A stretch of 63,741 nt of DNA, the filler included. It is 9 parts of 9 records of this genome, joined end to end, with 100 filler letters (N's around TTAATTAATTAA, not from the genome) between each part and the next. Parts side by side here need not be neighbours in the genome. Positions count along the whole stretch, not along the records: positions 1 to 5,205 come from SRR31147125_49087; positions 5,306 to 14,609 come from SRR31147125_49089; 7 more parts are not named here. One strand, written 5' to 3'. The position numbers and the translations under genes are program-made. The notes beneath the pieces were generated by a model. The model did no database searches and was not told where the DNA came from. It saw only the letters and a list, made by a program, of their open reading frames with translations. Positions 1 through 9,837 of this stretch are shown piece by piece (position 1 is the stretch's first letter; every line of letters starts with the position of its first letter).

Positions 1-1
1 T

Positions 2-835
2 TTTACTCGATATAAAATGGCTTCTTTTAATCCATTTTCTATCTTTACCACGCTTACCACGTGCAAAAGCACGGTACACCCCCTTTTCTGTTATTATATA
101 ATAATCACCCAATTCTATTGGCCTAGAAGTTATTAATAGTACATGATAATGAATATGGCCATTTGTCGAGTATTCCATTTTCCAATATCCGCAGGCTTCA
201 TACTTACGCCCTATATACTGTAAGAATACTCTCAAATCCTCTTTGCTTTCTTCTATATCATATACCTTATAAGGGTAGGTTAGTGTCATTTCATAGACAC
301 ATTCCTTATTTACATTTTTCCAATCGAGCGCATAAAGAGACGTTTTCAACCTCAGTTGAGAACGCCTCGATAACCATTGAGAAACGCTACCACGTTTACC
401 CGGTTCACCGCCTTGCGCTCTATATTGAAAACCCCCATTTGTGAAACTTTTGAGCCTTAGACTTTCCCCTTTCAGGGTAAATGAATTTATTGAGTGTTCC
501 TCAAGGAACTGCTCAATTTCTTCATTCGTCAAAAACTCATAAGGGAGTTTATAATAATCATAAAGAGCTAATCGCTCTTGTAAATCGAAATATGTTATTT
601 CTTGATTTATAAACTTCCGCTCAAGCTCCATTGAGTAATAGTCTTTATCTATAACCATTTCTTCACCGTTGTGAGAATATGGTATATAAGACAAGCGCAC
701 GGCTTCCGCCGTGCCATCATTTACCGCCTCTCTCAGGCGATCTCCAACCCCTTTACCCGACCAATACGCTAACTTTTCCTTTTTCAGAGCGTATTGATCT
801 TGCGCTAATTTCAATTCAGCATTATAATTATCCAT
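2..835 (-). CDS. Rolling-circle replication initiator (HUH endonuclease Rep), 3'-truncated by the window edge; absent from the ORF track
   Basis: Manual translation: open from ATG 835 (alternative ATG 658) to the window start with no stop. Contains motif I-like YEMTLTYP (~272-295) and motif II WKMEYSTNGHIHYHVLL (~132-184). Motif III (YxxK) is not reached. Confidence 0.85.
   Translation of the reverse strand, partial: MDNYNAELKLAQDQYALKKEKLAYWSGKGVGDRLREAVNDGTAEAVRLSYIPYSHNGEEMVIDKDYYSMELERKFINQEITYFDLQERLALYDYYKLPYEFLTNEEIEQFLEEHSINSFTLKGESLRLKSFTNGGFQYRAQGGEPGKRGSVSQWLSRRSQLRLKTSLYALDWKNVNKECVYEMTLTYPYKVYDIEESKEDLRVFLQYIGRKYEACGYWKMEYSTNGHIHYHVLLITSRPIELGDYYIITEKGVYRAFARGKRGKDRKWIKRSHFISSK
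692..714 (-). promoter_or_regulatory. Candidate double-strand origin (nick site) of the rolling-circle element
   Basis: Minus strand reads GCACGGC-GGAA-GCCGTGC (perfect 7-bp GC stem) then GCTTGTC. CTTG resembles the pC194/phiX174-type nick core. It lies just upstream of the alternative Rep start at 658. Confidence 0.45.
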
Positions 836-868
836 GTACTGTAGTTCCTATGTGAACTCGATCTTTCC

Positions 869-899
869 ATCCTATAGGTGTTGTCACCACCTATGGGAT
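869..899. repeat. 12-bp inverted repeat (terminator or origin-associated hairpin)
   Basis: ATCCTATAGGTG-ttgtcac-CACCTATGGGAT (one G:T pair), followed by a T-run on the + strand. Confidence 0.55.
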
Positions 900-1010
900 A
901 TTTTTTTGCTCACGAGTCTAAATAAGTAACCGCAAAAAGTTACGTCCTATTATTACCTTGCAGTTTTCCGCTGCCGGAATACCAGGAGCGAAAAACATAC
1001 AAGGTTTTTT

Positions 1011-1250
1011 TTAAATACTTATTGTCTGTGTTTTTTCCTCCAATTCATAAATATCTCTAACTATATCTGCAAACCTTTCTGGTTTTTCTTGCCGGAATTC
1101 ACAAATAATTTTATTCACAGCTTTATAAGTTACAGTCATAGCCATTCCTATTTCCGGCATTAAACTTAAACGCTCTAATTCATGTAATATAAGCATTACA
1201 AAATCTAAATCACTCATACTCAATTCTAAAAATCCTTTATCTCCGTCCAT
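1011..1250 (-). CDS. Hypothetical protein of the mobile element
   Basis: 79-aa ORF with GAGGT RBS, co-oriented with neighbours. Confidence 0.6.
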   Translation of the reverse strand: MDGDKGFLELSMSDLDFVMLILHELERLSLMPEIGMAMTVTYKAVNKIICEFRQEKPERFADIVRDIYELEEKTQTISI

Positions 1251-1275
1251 TTTTACCTCAGTTTATTTCTCAATA

Positions 1276-1431
1276 TTAAATAACCTTTATATGCTTTATT
1301 TCAGAACTGTAAATAATCCTTTTTACCTTTCTTTTGAACTGTAAAAGAGCTATTAACCGGGAAATGCTCTTAATATACATAACTATGCATTTTCCCTTTC
1401 TTGTGGTTGCGACTAATTTATATAATTTCAT
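1276..1431 (-). CDS. Small basic hypothetical protein (51 aa, MKLYKLVATTRKGK...), absent from the ORF track
   Basis: Manual translation; GGAG RBS upstream; fills the gap in the minus-strand gene array. Confidence 0.5.
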   Translation of the reverse strand: MKLYKLVATTRKGKCIVMYIKSISRLIALLQFKRKVKRIIYSSEIKHIKVI

Positions 1432-1497
1432 TATTCTTTCTCCATATATAGTGTTGTTTTTTAAAGGATCTCAAAACTTATTGACACTAGATATGGC

Positions 1498-1659
1498 TCA
1501 GGCAGTAGAAGGGTATACAGTTACCTTTGTAAATTCTTTGAACATCATTAACGATTGTATTGATGCTTCATTCACTGCTTCTGGAAGGTTAGGAGCTTTA
1601 ATCTGTTTCTTGATTAATCGTCCGGCTAAATCGGTAAACTCTGCTATGTACCTATTCAT
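1498..1659 (-). CDS. Small hypothetical protein (probable start MNRYIAEF)
   Basis: Track ORF 1498..1689; the internal ATG at 1659 overlaps the stop of the upstream gene, suggesting translational coupling. Confidence 0.55.
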   Translation of the reverse strand: MNRYIAEFTDLAGRLIKKQIKAPNLPEAVNEASIQSLMMFKEFTKVTVYPSTA

Positions 1660-1843
1660 GTTCTGCCCCCGTGATATGGAGCAAAGCACCGCACATACAA
1701 CGCTTACCTTGATTGTTTAATACTACAGAATGTATTTCTGTGTAGACGTGATGACAAAAAGGGCAGTGCACTTCATATACATTACCTTTTTCCTGTTCGT
1801 TCCTAGCGTACTCGATCTCTCGATACCTCATAGTAGTTGTCAC
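1652..1843 (-). CDS. Small zinc-ribbon-like protein
   Basis: CPFC...CMC cysteine pattern in 63 aa; AGGTAG-like RBS. Confidence 0.55.
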   Translation of the reverse strand: MTTTMRYREIEYARNEQEKGNVYEVHCPFCHHVYTEIHSVVLNNQGKRCMCGALLHITGAEHE

Positions 1844-1858
1844 CTACCTAATTTATAT

Positions 1859-2131
1859 TTACAAGGCCAATTTTTTCTGCCTTGCAGTGATCTCTAATGA
1901 TTTTTCTATTTCTTCGATACTCATTTCTTCCAATACGTAATTCCTTACTACTTCCGAGGTCAATTGATTAATCAACCGCCGACTATATTTCGTATTCGAC
2001 TTAACTACATTTTCAAATTGATGTAGCCACAATTTTTTATAATACTTTTTTACATACCATTCCGGTATTTCTGGAAACCTTCTCCGAAGATTTTCTATAA
2101 ATAAATTCAGACCCTTGTTAATTTTTGGCAT
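1859..2131 (-). CDS. Hypothetical protein, first gene of the element's leftward operon
   Basis: 90-aa ORF with AGGAGG RBS at 2141-2146. Confidence 0.65.
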   Translation of the reverse strand: MPKINKGLNLFIENLRRRFPEIPEWYVKKYYKKLWLHQFENVVKSNTKYSRRLINQLTSEVVRNYVLEEMSIEEIEKSLEITARQKKLAL

Positions 2132-2213
2132 TTTATGTATCCTCCTGTGTAGTTTGGTCTATATTCCTTAGTTTCTACACAGCACATGCCTTGTCAATAG
2201 GGAATTATATCAT

Positions 2214-2241
2214 ACTTCAAATAATGTATATTCTGTCATAT
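2214..2241 (+). other. dif-like XerC/XerD recombination site (candidate att junction)
   Basis: ACTTCAAATAA-TGTATA-TTCTGTCATAT has the 11-6-11 layout. The spacer is identical to E. coli dif, the left arm resembles B. subtilis ACTTCCTAGAA, and the right arm has 3 mismatches to TTATGTTAAAT. Confidence 0.55.
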
Positions 2242-2263
2242 TTAGCCCACAAGGAATTAACTA

Positions 2264-3124
2264 ATGAATGATACCATTAAACATCTGGCAAACAACATAA
2301 AAACTGACAGCACATCATATACTGAAGCATTCTCACGTTTGTACGATGTATTAAAAGTATTAAGAAGTCCAGATGGATGTCCATGGGACCAAAATCAAAC
2401 TCAGGAAACATTTTATAAGAATCTTATTGAGGAATCATATGAATATATTCATGCATGGAATAAAAATGATTTGAATGAATGTGAAGAAGAACTTGGAGAT
2501 ATATTTCTTGTTACGATCATGCTCTCAATAATGCATGAAGAGACAAATCATTTCACACTAAAAAACATATTAGATACAACATCTAAAAAACTTATAAGGC
2601 GTCATCCACATGTATTCAAAAAAGATATTGAGTATCAAGCCGATAATCCTGACGAGGTAGTAACATTATGGGATTCTATAAAGGAAAATGTAGAAGGTAA
2701 AAAAACAAAAAAAAGTGACGCTTTCTCAAAAATACAAGATTCATTGCCAACTTTGCTTCAATCTGTCGAAATACAGAAAAAAGCCGCAAAACAGGGTTTT
2801 AACTGGAATAGCACAGAGGGAATTTTAGACAAAATCCATGAAGAGATTCGAGAATTGGATGAAGAACTCTCACAGGAAAATAAAAACAATAAAAAAATAA
2901 CTGAAGAATTTGGTGATATTCTGTTTACATTGGTAAATTTCGCTAAATATACAGGCATAAATCCCGATGAAGCACTCTTTCTTGCTAATCAAAAGTTTAA
3001 ACGAAGATATAATGCTATGCGAGATCTGATGGAAAAAGAGGGCTTAAAGGAAAATTCACCCATCTCCTTAGAAGAGATGGATGTTTACTGGAATCGAATT
3101 AAGAATTCAGAAATCGATATATAA
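2264..3124 (+). CDS. mazG: Nucleoside triphosphate pyrophosphohydrolase MazG
   Basis: LRSPDGCPWD, EEELGD, KLIRRHPHVF and a second EEFGD motif (tandem MazG domains). Confidence 0.95.
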   Translation: MNDTIKHLANNIKTDSTSYTEAFSRLYDVLKVLRSPDGCPWDQNQTQETFYKNLIEESYEYIHAWNKNDLNECEEELGDIFLVTIMLSIMHEETNHFTLKNILDTTSKKLIRRHPHVFKKDIEYQADNPDEVVTLWDSIKENVEGKKTKKSDAFSKIQDSLPTLLQSVEIQKKAAKQGFNWNSTEGILDKIHEEIRELDEELSQENKNNKKITEEFGDILFTLVNFAKYTGINPDEALFLANQKFKRRYNAMRDLMEKEGLKENSPISLEEMDVYWNRIKNSEIDI

Positions 3125-3137
3125 ACGGTTCTTCGAT

Positions 3138-5205
3138 TCAAATTTCGAATTCTATCTGTTCTGCTGAATAATAATCTCTGTAAAGTTCCTCATTCTCAGC
3201 AAATAAATTAATGCGTTTGACATCATATAAGCTGAGAAACTTGTATTTATCCATATGTTTACTTATAAGTTTCATAAGATTTACTTCTGACTTTAAAATG
3301 ATTGAAAACGTTCGACATTGATTATTATCAGCGATTTCAGTTATTTTCGTAACAATTATACCCAATCCCTCTGAAGAACATAAATCCTCTATAAGCTTCA
3401 AACCACTATTATCAAGTCCTTTAATAGTATATTTTGAAGAACGATATGCCGCTGTCAGTGAAACTTTTTGATGAGCTTGAAAGTAATACACCTGCCCTAT
3501 TTCAAATCCTTCAGCCAAATTATTATTTAATTTTGAAATAAGATCTTTAATGACAATTTTTTCTTTTTCTCGATTATTATCCGTGTCAGGAATATATATG
3601 CTCATTGTCATGAATTCATGCTCACCGGAAATACCCAGCGGAAGCGGTTGGGCAAATTCAAGAATTGGTTTTGGATTATACCCCTGAGTAAAAGCTACCT
3701 GGATCCCTGCCCGCTGCATAGCTTTCTCGAACAAAGACATAACTTGAATGTGTGATATGTAAATTGCTTTACCTTTTTTAGAGTACTCAATGAGGAGTTT
3801 TACTTTATTTTTACCATCTGAGGACAATTTATCAACATGCTTATGTCTTTCATTAATAAACTCTTCAGCTGATTTATTATCAGCTTTTATAGGTTTCACA
3901 TTCCCCTTTTTTGTGCATACACCGCAATTATGTGTGCAAATATCATCACAAACTGATGTTAAAAGCCGATTTCTGGCTTTATCATATTCTTTGAGTAAGT
4001 AACTGGTAGTTGAAGCTAATGTAATTGAATCCCAGGGCAGCAATTCATTTTCTGCAAATTCACTGCAAATTTCTTCTGCAACATTCCAATTCTGATCATT
4101 TATTACTTCATACCAAATATCTTTTTTGAAATATTCATCCCAGGCGTCAAGTCGTGCTCCTTATTATATGCATTGAGAATAATCTCTCCCACTCGTGCAT
4201 CTCCACGACTAATCATACCTTCAATAAAAGATATATCCGGATCATGATAACTCACCTTAACCTTTCTTACATTGGCTATGATGTTGTTTTTAAGTGCACT
4301 TAAATGTTCCCTTGCTTCACGCGGTTTCATGAGAGATGCCCATTGAAAAGCTGTGTGTGGTTTTGGAATGAATGTTCCAATATTTACATGGATCTGTATG
4401 CCTGTTGATCGCTGCACAGTTTCGAGGAAATCCGTTATTTCCTCAATCTCTTTATCTTGCTCAATAAAAGGAAGACCAGTCATGAAATAAAATTTAGCCA
4501 GCTTCCATCCCTTCAGTTTTGCACTTAAAATTATTTCAATAACTTGATCTATTGTGACAATTTTATTAATACTTTTCTGCCAGTCAAGTATCGGTGTTTC
4601 TATTGCGAATGTTAAACCGCTTTTTCTGACTGCTGAAATCTGTTCAAGAATTGATAATGAAAAACTATCAACTTTCAATGAAGGTAAAGAAAAGGAAATT
4701 CTTTTATCACTATATACGGAATTTACGTAGTACATTATTTCCTGAAGTGATTCATGATCACCAGAGGATAATGATGATAATGTGATATTTCTGTATCCCA
4801 AATCATTAACTAACTGGTCAACAGCATCAGAAACAGCAGAAATGTCACATTGCCGGAAAGGTTTATATAACTCTCCGGCATGACAGAACCGACATCCATT
4901 TGGACATCCCCGCATAATTTCAACTACGCCATTATCCTGAACAGGTCTTAATGTCGGTACAGTAAAATAGGAAAATTTATTTGAGTGTTTTTTATCACTG
5001 AAATCATTATCGATTGTTCTTACACTTTTATCCTTACCAGAGAACCAAATATAGTCCTGATTATGAATATGTTCAATGATTTCTGTACGTTTTGTTTTTT
5101 CCTGCTTCATTTTATATATTTGAGAAAGTAAATCCGGCAGTGCAGATTCTGCTTCCCCTAAATAAACTGCATCCAGGAAATTTCCAAAAGGCAGTGGATT
5201 TGTTA
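3138..5205 (-). CDS. Radical SAM protein (TIGR03960-like) fused to a TIGR03936-like domain; 5'-truncated, one frameshift near 4160
   Basis: EIMRGCPNGCRFC (CxxxCxxC) and FIPKPHTAFQW. Shifting frame at NAYNK restores GARLDAWDE and runs into the 3138..4043 ORF carrying YISH and FTQGYNPKP. Confidence 0.85.
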
Positions 5206-5305
5206 NNNNNNNNNNNNNNNNNNNNNNNNNNNNNNNNNNNNNNNNNNNNTTAATTAATTAANNNNNNNNNNNNNNNNNNNNNNNNNNNNNNNNNNNNNNN
5301 NNNNN
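5206..5305. other. Artificial contig spacer
   Basis: N-run / TTAATTAATTAA / N-run, 100 nt, stops in all frames. Confidence 0.97.
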
Positions 5306-5340
5306 GCTATCCCAAAACGCTATAGTCGTGCAAAGATCTC
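5306..5340. mobile_element. Terminal fragment of an IS/MITE copy at the contig start
   Basis: CCCAAAACGCTATAGTCGTGCAAAGATCTC matches 6720-6749 at 29 of 30 nt. Confidence 0.7.
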
Positions 5341-5341
5341 A

Positions 5342-6596
5342 ATGAATCAACTTTTTGAGTTTCTTCTTAAATACCGACAGATAAATATAACAATGCTTGA
5401 TCAAGCAATGGTAAGTGGCACAAGCTTTCTAACCGGAATCCTTTTGGCACGATTTCTTGGCATTGAAGAGTTCGGTCGATTCTCCCTTGCCTGGATGGTG
5501 ATACTTTTTGCAAATAGCATACAAATGGCCATGATCAATACGCCAATGATGTCTATCGGACCAAAACAATCAGAAAATCAAATCGCATCATATTATGGCG
5601 CTGTTATTGTTCAACAGGTATGTTTTACTACCATTTCATTTTTTTCATTCTTCTTGGTATTAACATCAGTGCGGCTGTTTTTCCTGAATGGCGTATTGCT
5701 CACCTCGCATTGCCTCTTGCTACAGTTGCTTTTTTTCCAAAATCAGGATTTTTTACGTCGTTTTTTTTACAATAAACCAGCCTACATGGGCGTTCATAAA
5801 CGATGCAATCAGCAACATTAGCCAGTTACTTTTAATAGTTGTCTTCCCTTTTATCACAGAGATCAGCACAAGTGCGGCATTGACGATCATTGCAGGGACA
5901 TCAGGTTTTGCCGTACTTATAGGAATTTTCTTTATGAGACATTATACACTACGATACAATCAGGTTGCCGAAGTTTTAAAGAAAAACTGGTGCTTTTCCA
6001 AATGGATAACCGCTTCAGCCATACTTCAATGGACTTCGGGAAACCTATTCATCATTACTGCCGGAAACATGGTTGGCCCAACAATAGTCGGAGCAATCAA
6101 GGCTTCACAAAACATCATGGGAATCACCCACATCCTGTTTCAAGGCCTGGAAAACATCGTTCCGGTCAAAGCAAGCTTTTATTACACACAGTCAGGCATT
6201 AGAGGGTTAATCGCATATTTAAAAAAAGTAGCTCTTTGGGGAGGACTTTTAACAGGCTGTATAGCATTTACAGCAGGATTAACACCCGAAATCTGGTTGA
6301 GCATTTTTTATGGAGATCAATACCAAAATTTTGGGTATATTCTACAATGGTATGCTGTGATATATATGCTTATTTTTTTTGGCCTTCTCCTTAGAACTGG
6401 GCTCAGGACTCTTGAAACGACAAGACCCATTTTCATGGCTTATATTCTGATGACCATTTTTGCTATGAGCCTTGCAAAACATTTTATAATTTGGTTTGAT
6501 ATTTCAGGAGTAATGTACGGAATATTAGGAACCCAAATTATTCTGCTGACAAGTCTTGCGGTATCAATGTTTTCAAACATCAAAAAGATAATTTGA
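5342..6596 (+). CDS. wzx: Wzx/MOP-family polysaccharide flippase, frameshifted
   Basis: DQAMVSGTSFLTGILLARFLGIEEFGRF N-terminus; many TM segments; split over ORFs 5342..5821 and 5688..6596 at T-runs. Confidence 0.8.
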
Positions 6597-6621
6597 TGGA
6601 TTCGAGAGGTTTACATAATTA

Positions 6622-6749
6622 GAGAGCTTTGCGTGATTAGAATATTCTTCAATTTAAGCATTTTAAGAAAATTTTGGTAGCTAAGGGAGAAAATAGCGGC
6701 GCGGCCACCAGACTGCTCACCCAAAACGCTATAGTCGTGCAAAGGTCTC
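6622..6749. mobile_element. 128-bp MITE or internally deleted IS with imperfect terminal inverted repeats, flanked by TA
   Basis: Left end GAGAGCTTTGCGTGATTA; right end (reverse complement) GAGACCTTTGCACGACTA; TA at 6620-21 and 6750-51; no ORF inside. Confidence 0.7.
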
Positions 6750-6763
6750 TACCTCACAATTAG

Positions 6764-8241
6764 GTGACTGATATTTTTATTATACCAAAAATCAAGGTAC
6801 TAAGTGCCCTTTCTTATCTGATACTTTCCGGTCTAACAGCTGCATTTATCGTTTACGCACCATTCTACCTTAACCTGGTTCTGATATTCAGTTTCGTATT
6901 CGGAGCAATAATCACCTACACATTTACCAGGGGGAGCAAATATTTTAATGAAAATTTCATTCCCCCTTTTATAACAATTATGCTGGCAATATTTATGGTA
7001 TCTCAAAACATAATTGAAATAACCGGCAATAATTATATTGACGAAATGCTTTTTATCCCCTTTTCATTGTGTGCCATCATTTCTGGGCTCAGCGGCCGCA
7101 CTTTCGTTGTATCGAAAAGACTAAAAAAAATATGTTTTTTACTAACTATGTTCATTCTGTCAGGCGGTATCTCGACCGTTCTAAATCAAGTACCTATACC
7201 CGTTGCCATTAATGGCGGGTTACTGATTTGTAAGCCTATCATCATTTTCGCCATGTTCTTTTTCTTCAGCTTTACTGAAACGTCCAAACAAAAACTGTAT
7301 GTGAATATAGAACGCTTTTTTATTACCTTTAGTATTATTGCTCTATTCTGGATGCTTTTTTTGAAATTCTGCTATCGTATAACCCGATTCAGGGAATTTC
7401 AATAAAACCCGATTCTTTCCATGGGCTATCAGCGTATCGATCATTTTTCAGACATCCAGGAGCATACAGCGCAATGATGTTTATTGGATCTATTTTCTTC
7501 TTTTCTTTGTATTTAAATAAAAGACAAAAAAAAGATTTAATACTCTTAGTCGTCACAACCCTGGGGCTTCTATCTAGCCTCAAAGCAAAAACTATTATCC
7601 TTCTGCCGATCAGTTGCGGTATTATATACGCCCTTTATGCTTTTCAAAAAAACAAACATAAATATACAAATTTTGCCTCCAAATTATCCTTGGGTATAAT
7701 CATAGGATTCGCTTTGATATCAACAGGTTTTTATTTCACAAAGGACAAGCTTCTTTTTTACTCCACAACGGAAAATGTTCGGAAAGAAATCCTGGTTACT
7801 TCTTTTCAGGTGTCTAATGAGAACTTAGGACTGGGAGCGGGCTTTGGAAGGTATGGTAGTGCTGTCAGTACAAGATACTATAGTCCTTTGTACTATAAAT
7901 ACGGGCTCTATACCTTGTACGGCTCCTCTGTTAAGAAATCTAATTTTATTACGGATCAATGGTGGGCCTGGTATATTGGGGAATCCGGCATAATCGGAAT
8001 GCTATTTTTTCTTTCTGGCCTCTTTATAGTTTGTCTTGAACTATCCGAAATTTCGCGCCGGAACCAATTAAAAAATCAAAACCTATCCATCCTATCTTAT
8101 ACTGCTTTGGGTGGACTGATCTATGGGATAGGCAGTGGTTTTGCTGCAGCCAGCCTATCAAGTCCTCCGGCGTCTTATTTTATCATGGGTTTATCTGCCT
8201 TGGCCATGAACAGGCATAAAAACACGCCTATTTTTAATTAA
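6764..8241 (+). CDS. Wzy-like polymerase / O-antigen ligase-like membrane protein, frameshifted
   Basis: Multi-TM ORFs 6764..7405 and 7474..8241; GLGAGFGRYGS loop motif; polysaccharide cluster context. Confidence 0.7.
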
Positions 8242-8527
8242 TTTAAGAGGCTTTGGCCTTAGAAAACAACCACAATTCAACCACATGGAAGACGTTCAAT
8301 TATTAAGAATACAGACTTATCCGTTGAATCCGTTCCAATCTGAAATTCTTAATGATAACATGGATATCGATATAAACTTCTAAACAGGATTAAATATATA
8401 AGGCGCAAAATTATAAATAAACATTCCATCCTATTGAGATGCGTTTTTTGTGCCAATTACAGTTACCATTAAAGCTCAGTTCAAATTTTGGGTGGTTTTA
8501 ATTTAAAAACGAGCCTAACATGAAATT

Positions 8528-9169
8528 TTGCAAAACAAAGATATGAAAAATTATGAAGAATTAAATATCGGTCAATCGATAAGCGAAAAGGACCCGTTCA
8601 CAGAAGACAGGTATAGACTTTTTAATAAATACTTGCCTAAAAACACAATAAACATCCTTGATATAGGCTGCAACACTGGCCGAGGAGGTCGGATACTCAA
8701 AGGATTCGATGGCAGCAGAGTAATCTCGGGTTTGGATGTGGTTAAAAAGAGACTAAAGCAATTACCCCGGGACATCTATCAGAATAACATCTATGGCTCA
8801 TCCACTGATATACCCGTAGAAGACAATTCCTATGATGCCGTTGTTGCAGGGGAATTTATTGAGCATTTGTACCCAGTGGATGTAGATAAAACCTTATGTG
8901 AAATATTTAGAATTCTGAAAATAGGCGGTAGACTATTGCTAACCACACCGAATCCTTGTGACATAAAAATGAAATTAAGAGGAGGCAGTGTTCTTGGTGG
9001 TGCTCATGTTTCACAACACTATCCTGCTTCACTTAAGATCAAATTAAAAATGATCGGGTTCAGTAAAGTCCGAATAAAAGGCAGTGGAAAGGTAACAAAA
9101 TATATTAGTCATAAGGTCCCTTTTCTTTATATATATGGAAGTTATTTAGCAATGGGAGACAAATACTAA
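8528..9169 (+). CDS. Class I SAM-dependent methyltransferase
   Basis: ILDIGCNTGRGG, EFIEHL, LLLTTPN. Confidence 0.9.
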   Translation: MQNKDMKNYEELNIGQSISEKDPFTEDRYRLFNKYLPKNTINILDIGCNTGRGGRILKGFDGSRVISGLDVVKKRLKQLPRDIYQNNIYGSSTDIPVEDNSYDAVVAGEFIEHLYPVDVDKTLCEIFRILKIGGRLLLTTPNPCDIKMKLRGGSVLGGAHVSQHYPASLKIKLKMIGFSKVRIKGSGKVTKYISHKVPFLYIYGSYLAMGDKY

Positions 9170-9268
9170 ACCCTTATTAAACCGTTCAGCTGTGGGTAGA
9201 GCTGATCCCGGCATCAACAATTGAGATCGCCGGTTTTGTTGTTGATACATACGGGGTAAGGCCCTTTA

Positions 9269-9837
9269 TTGCCAACCAGGAAAAAAATGAAAATAGCTCT
9301 TAAATTCATCGCCTTCTTGCTTTTTGTATGTAGGGGAGTAAAAAACAGAGCACTAAGATTTATTCTTAAGCATCAATTTCGTCGTTGTGGAAAAAGAGTC
9401 AAGTTTCGACACAATGACATATTCACTTATAAAAATATAAGCATTGGAAGCGATGTATATATAGGTCCAGGTGCAATGTTCCTTACGAGCCAATCTGAAA
9501 TTCATATTGGCAAAAAAGTATTATTCGGTCCTAATGTCACCATTATAACAGGGAACCATTCAATCGAACTTAAGGGGAAATATATGTTTGATATAAAAGA
9601 AAAAAAAGAGGTGACGATTTGCCTGTAATAATTGAGAAGGATGTTTGGGTGGGAAGTGGGGCCACAATACTAAAGGGTGTTACAATTGAAAGGGGAGCGG
9701 TTATTGCTGCTGGGGCAATTGTAAATAAAGACGTGCCTGCTTATGCAATTGTTGGAGGTTCTCCGGCAACAATCCTGAGGTTCAGAGGCGATAAAGCGAT
9801 GATATTGGAACATGAAACAAAACTATATGGAAATTAA
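9269..9837 (+). CDS. Hexapeptide-repeat (LbH) O-acetyltransferase, frameshifted near 9600
   Basis: [46 protein letters not shown]; break at a long A-run. Confidence 0.88.

Larger units (their letters stand above)
1..2241 (-). mobile_element. Rolling-circle replicating element (inovirus-like prophage, satellite or integrated plasmid); left part lies outside the window
   Basis: HUH Rep gene, origin-like hairpin, five small co-oriented minus-strand ORFs with no housekeeping similarity, and a dif-like site at the border with host mazG. Confidence 0.7.

Noticed and set aside
163-444. Plus-strand 93-aa ORF, the 1334..1720 ORF and similar short ORFs opposite real genes throughout the track
   Set aside because: They are antisense shadows of well-supported genes such as the Rep, with no motifs or RBS.
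948-956. TATTATTAC, identical to a nanovirus-type nonanucleotide origin, near the Rep gene
   Set aside because: It is not in the loop of a clear stem, such 9-mers arise easily in AT-rich DNA, and the hairpin plus CTTG at 692-714 fits a bacterial HUH Rep better.
2264-3124. mazG as an anti-defence gene of the mobile element
   Set aside because: It is the full-length two-domain housekeeping type, lies outside the dif-like boundary and converges on a core radical-SAM gene.
5250-5261. TTAATTAATTAA palindrome repeated eight times as a biological repeat or CRISPR-like array
   Set aside because: It is always centred in N-runs and is a synthetic all-frame-stop linker. No CRISPR repeat-spacer array was seen anywhere in the window.
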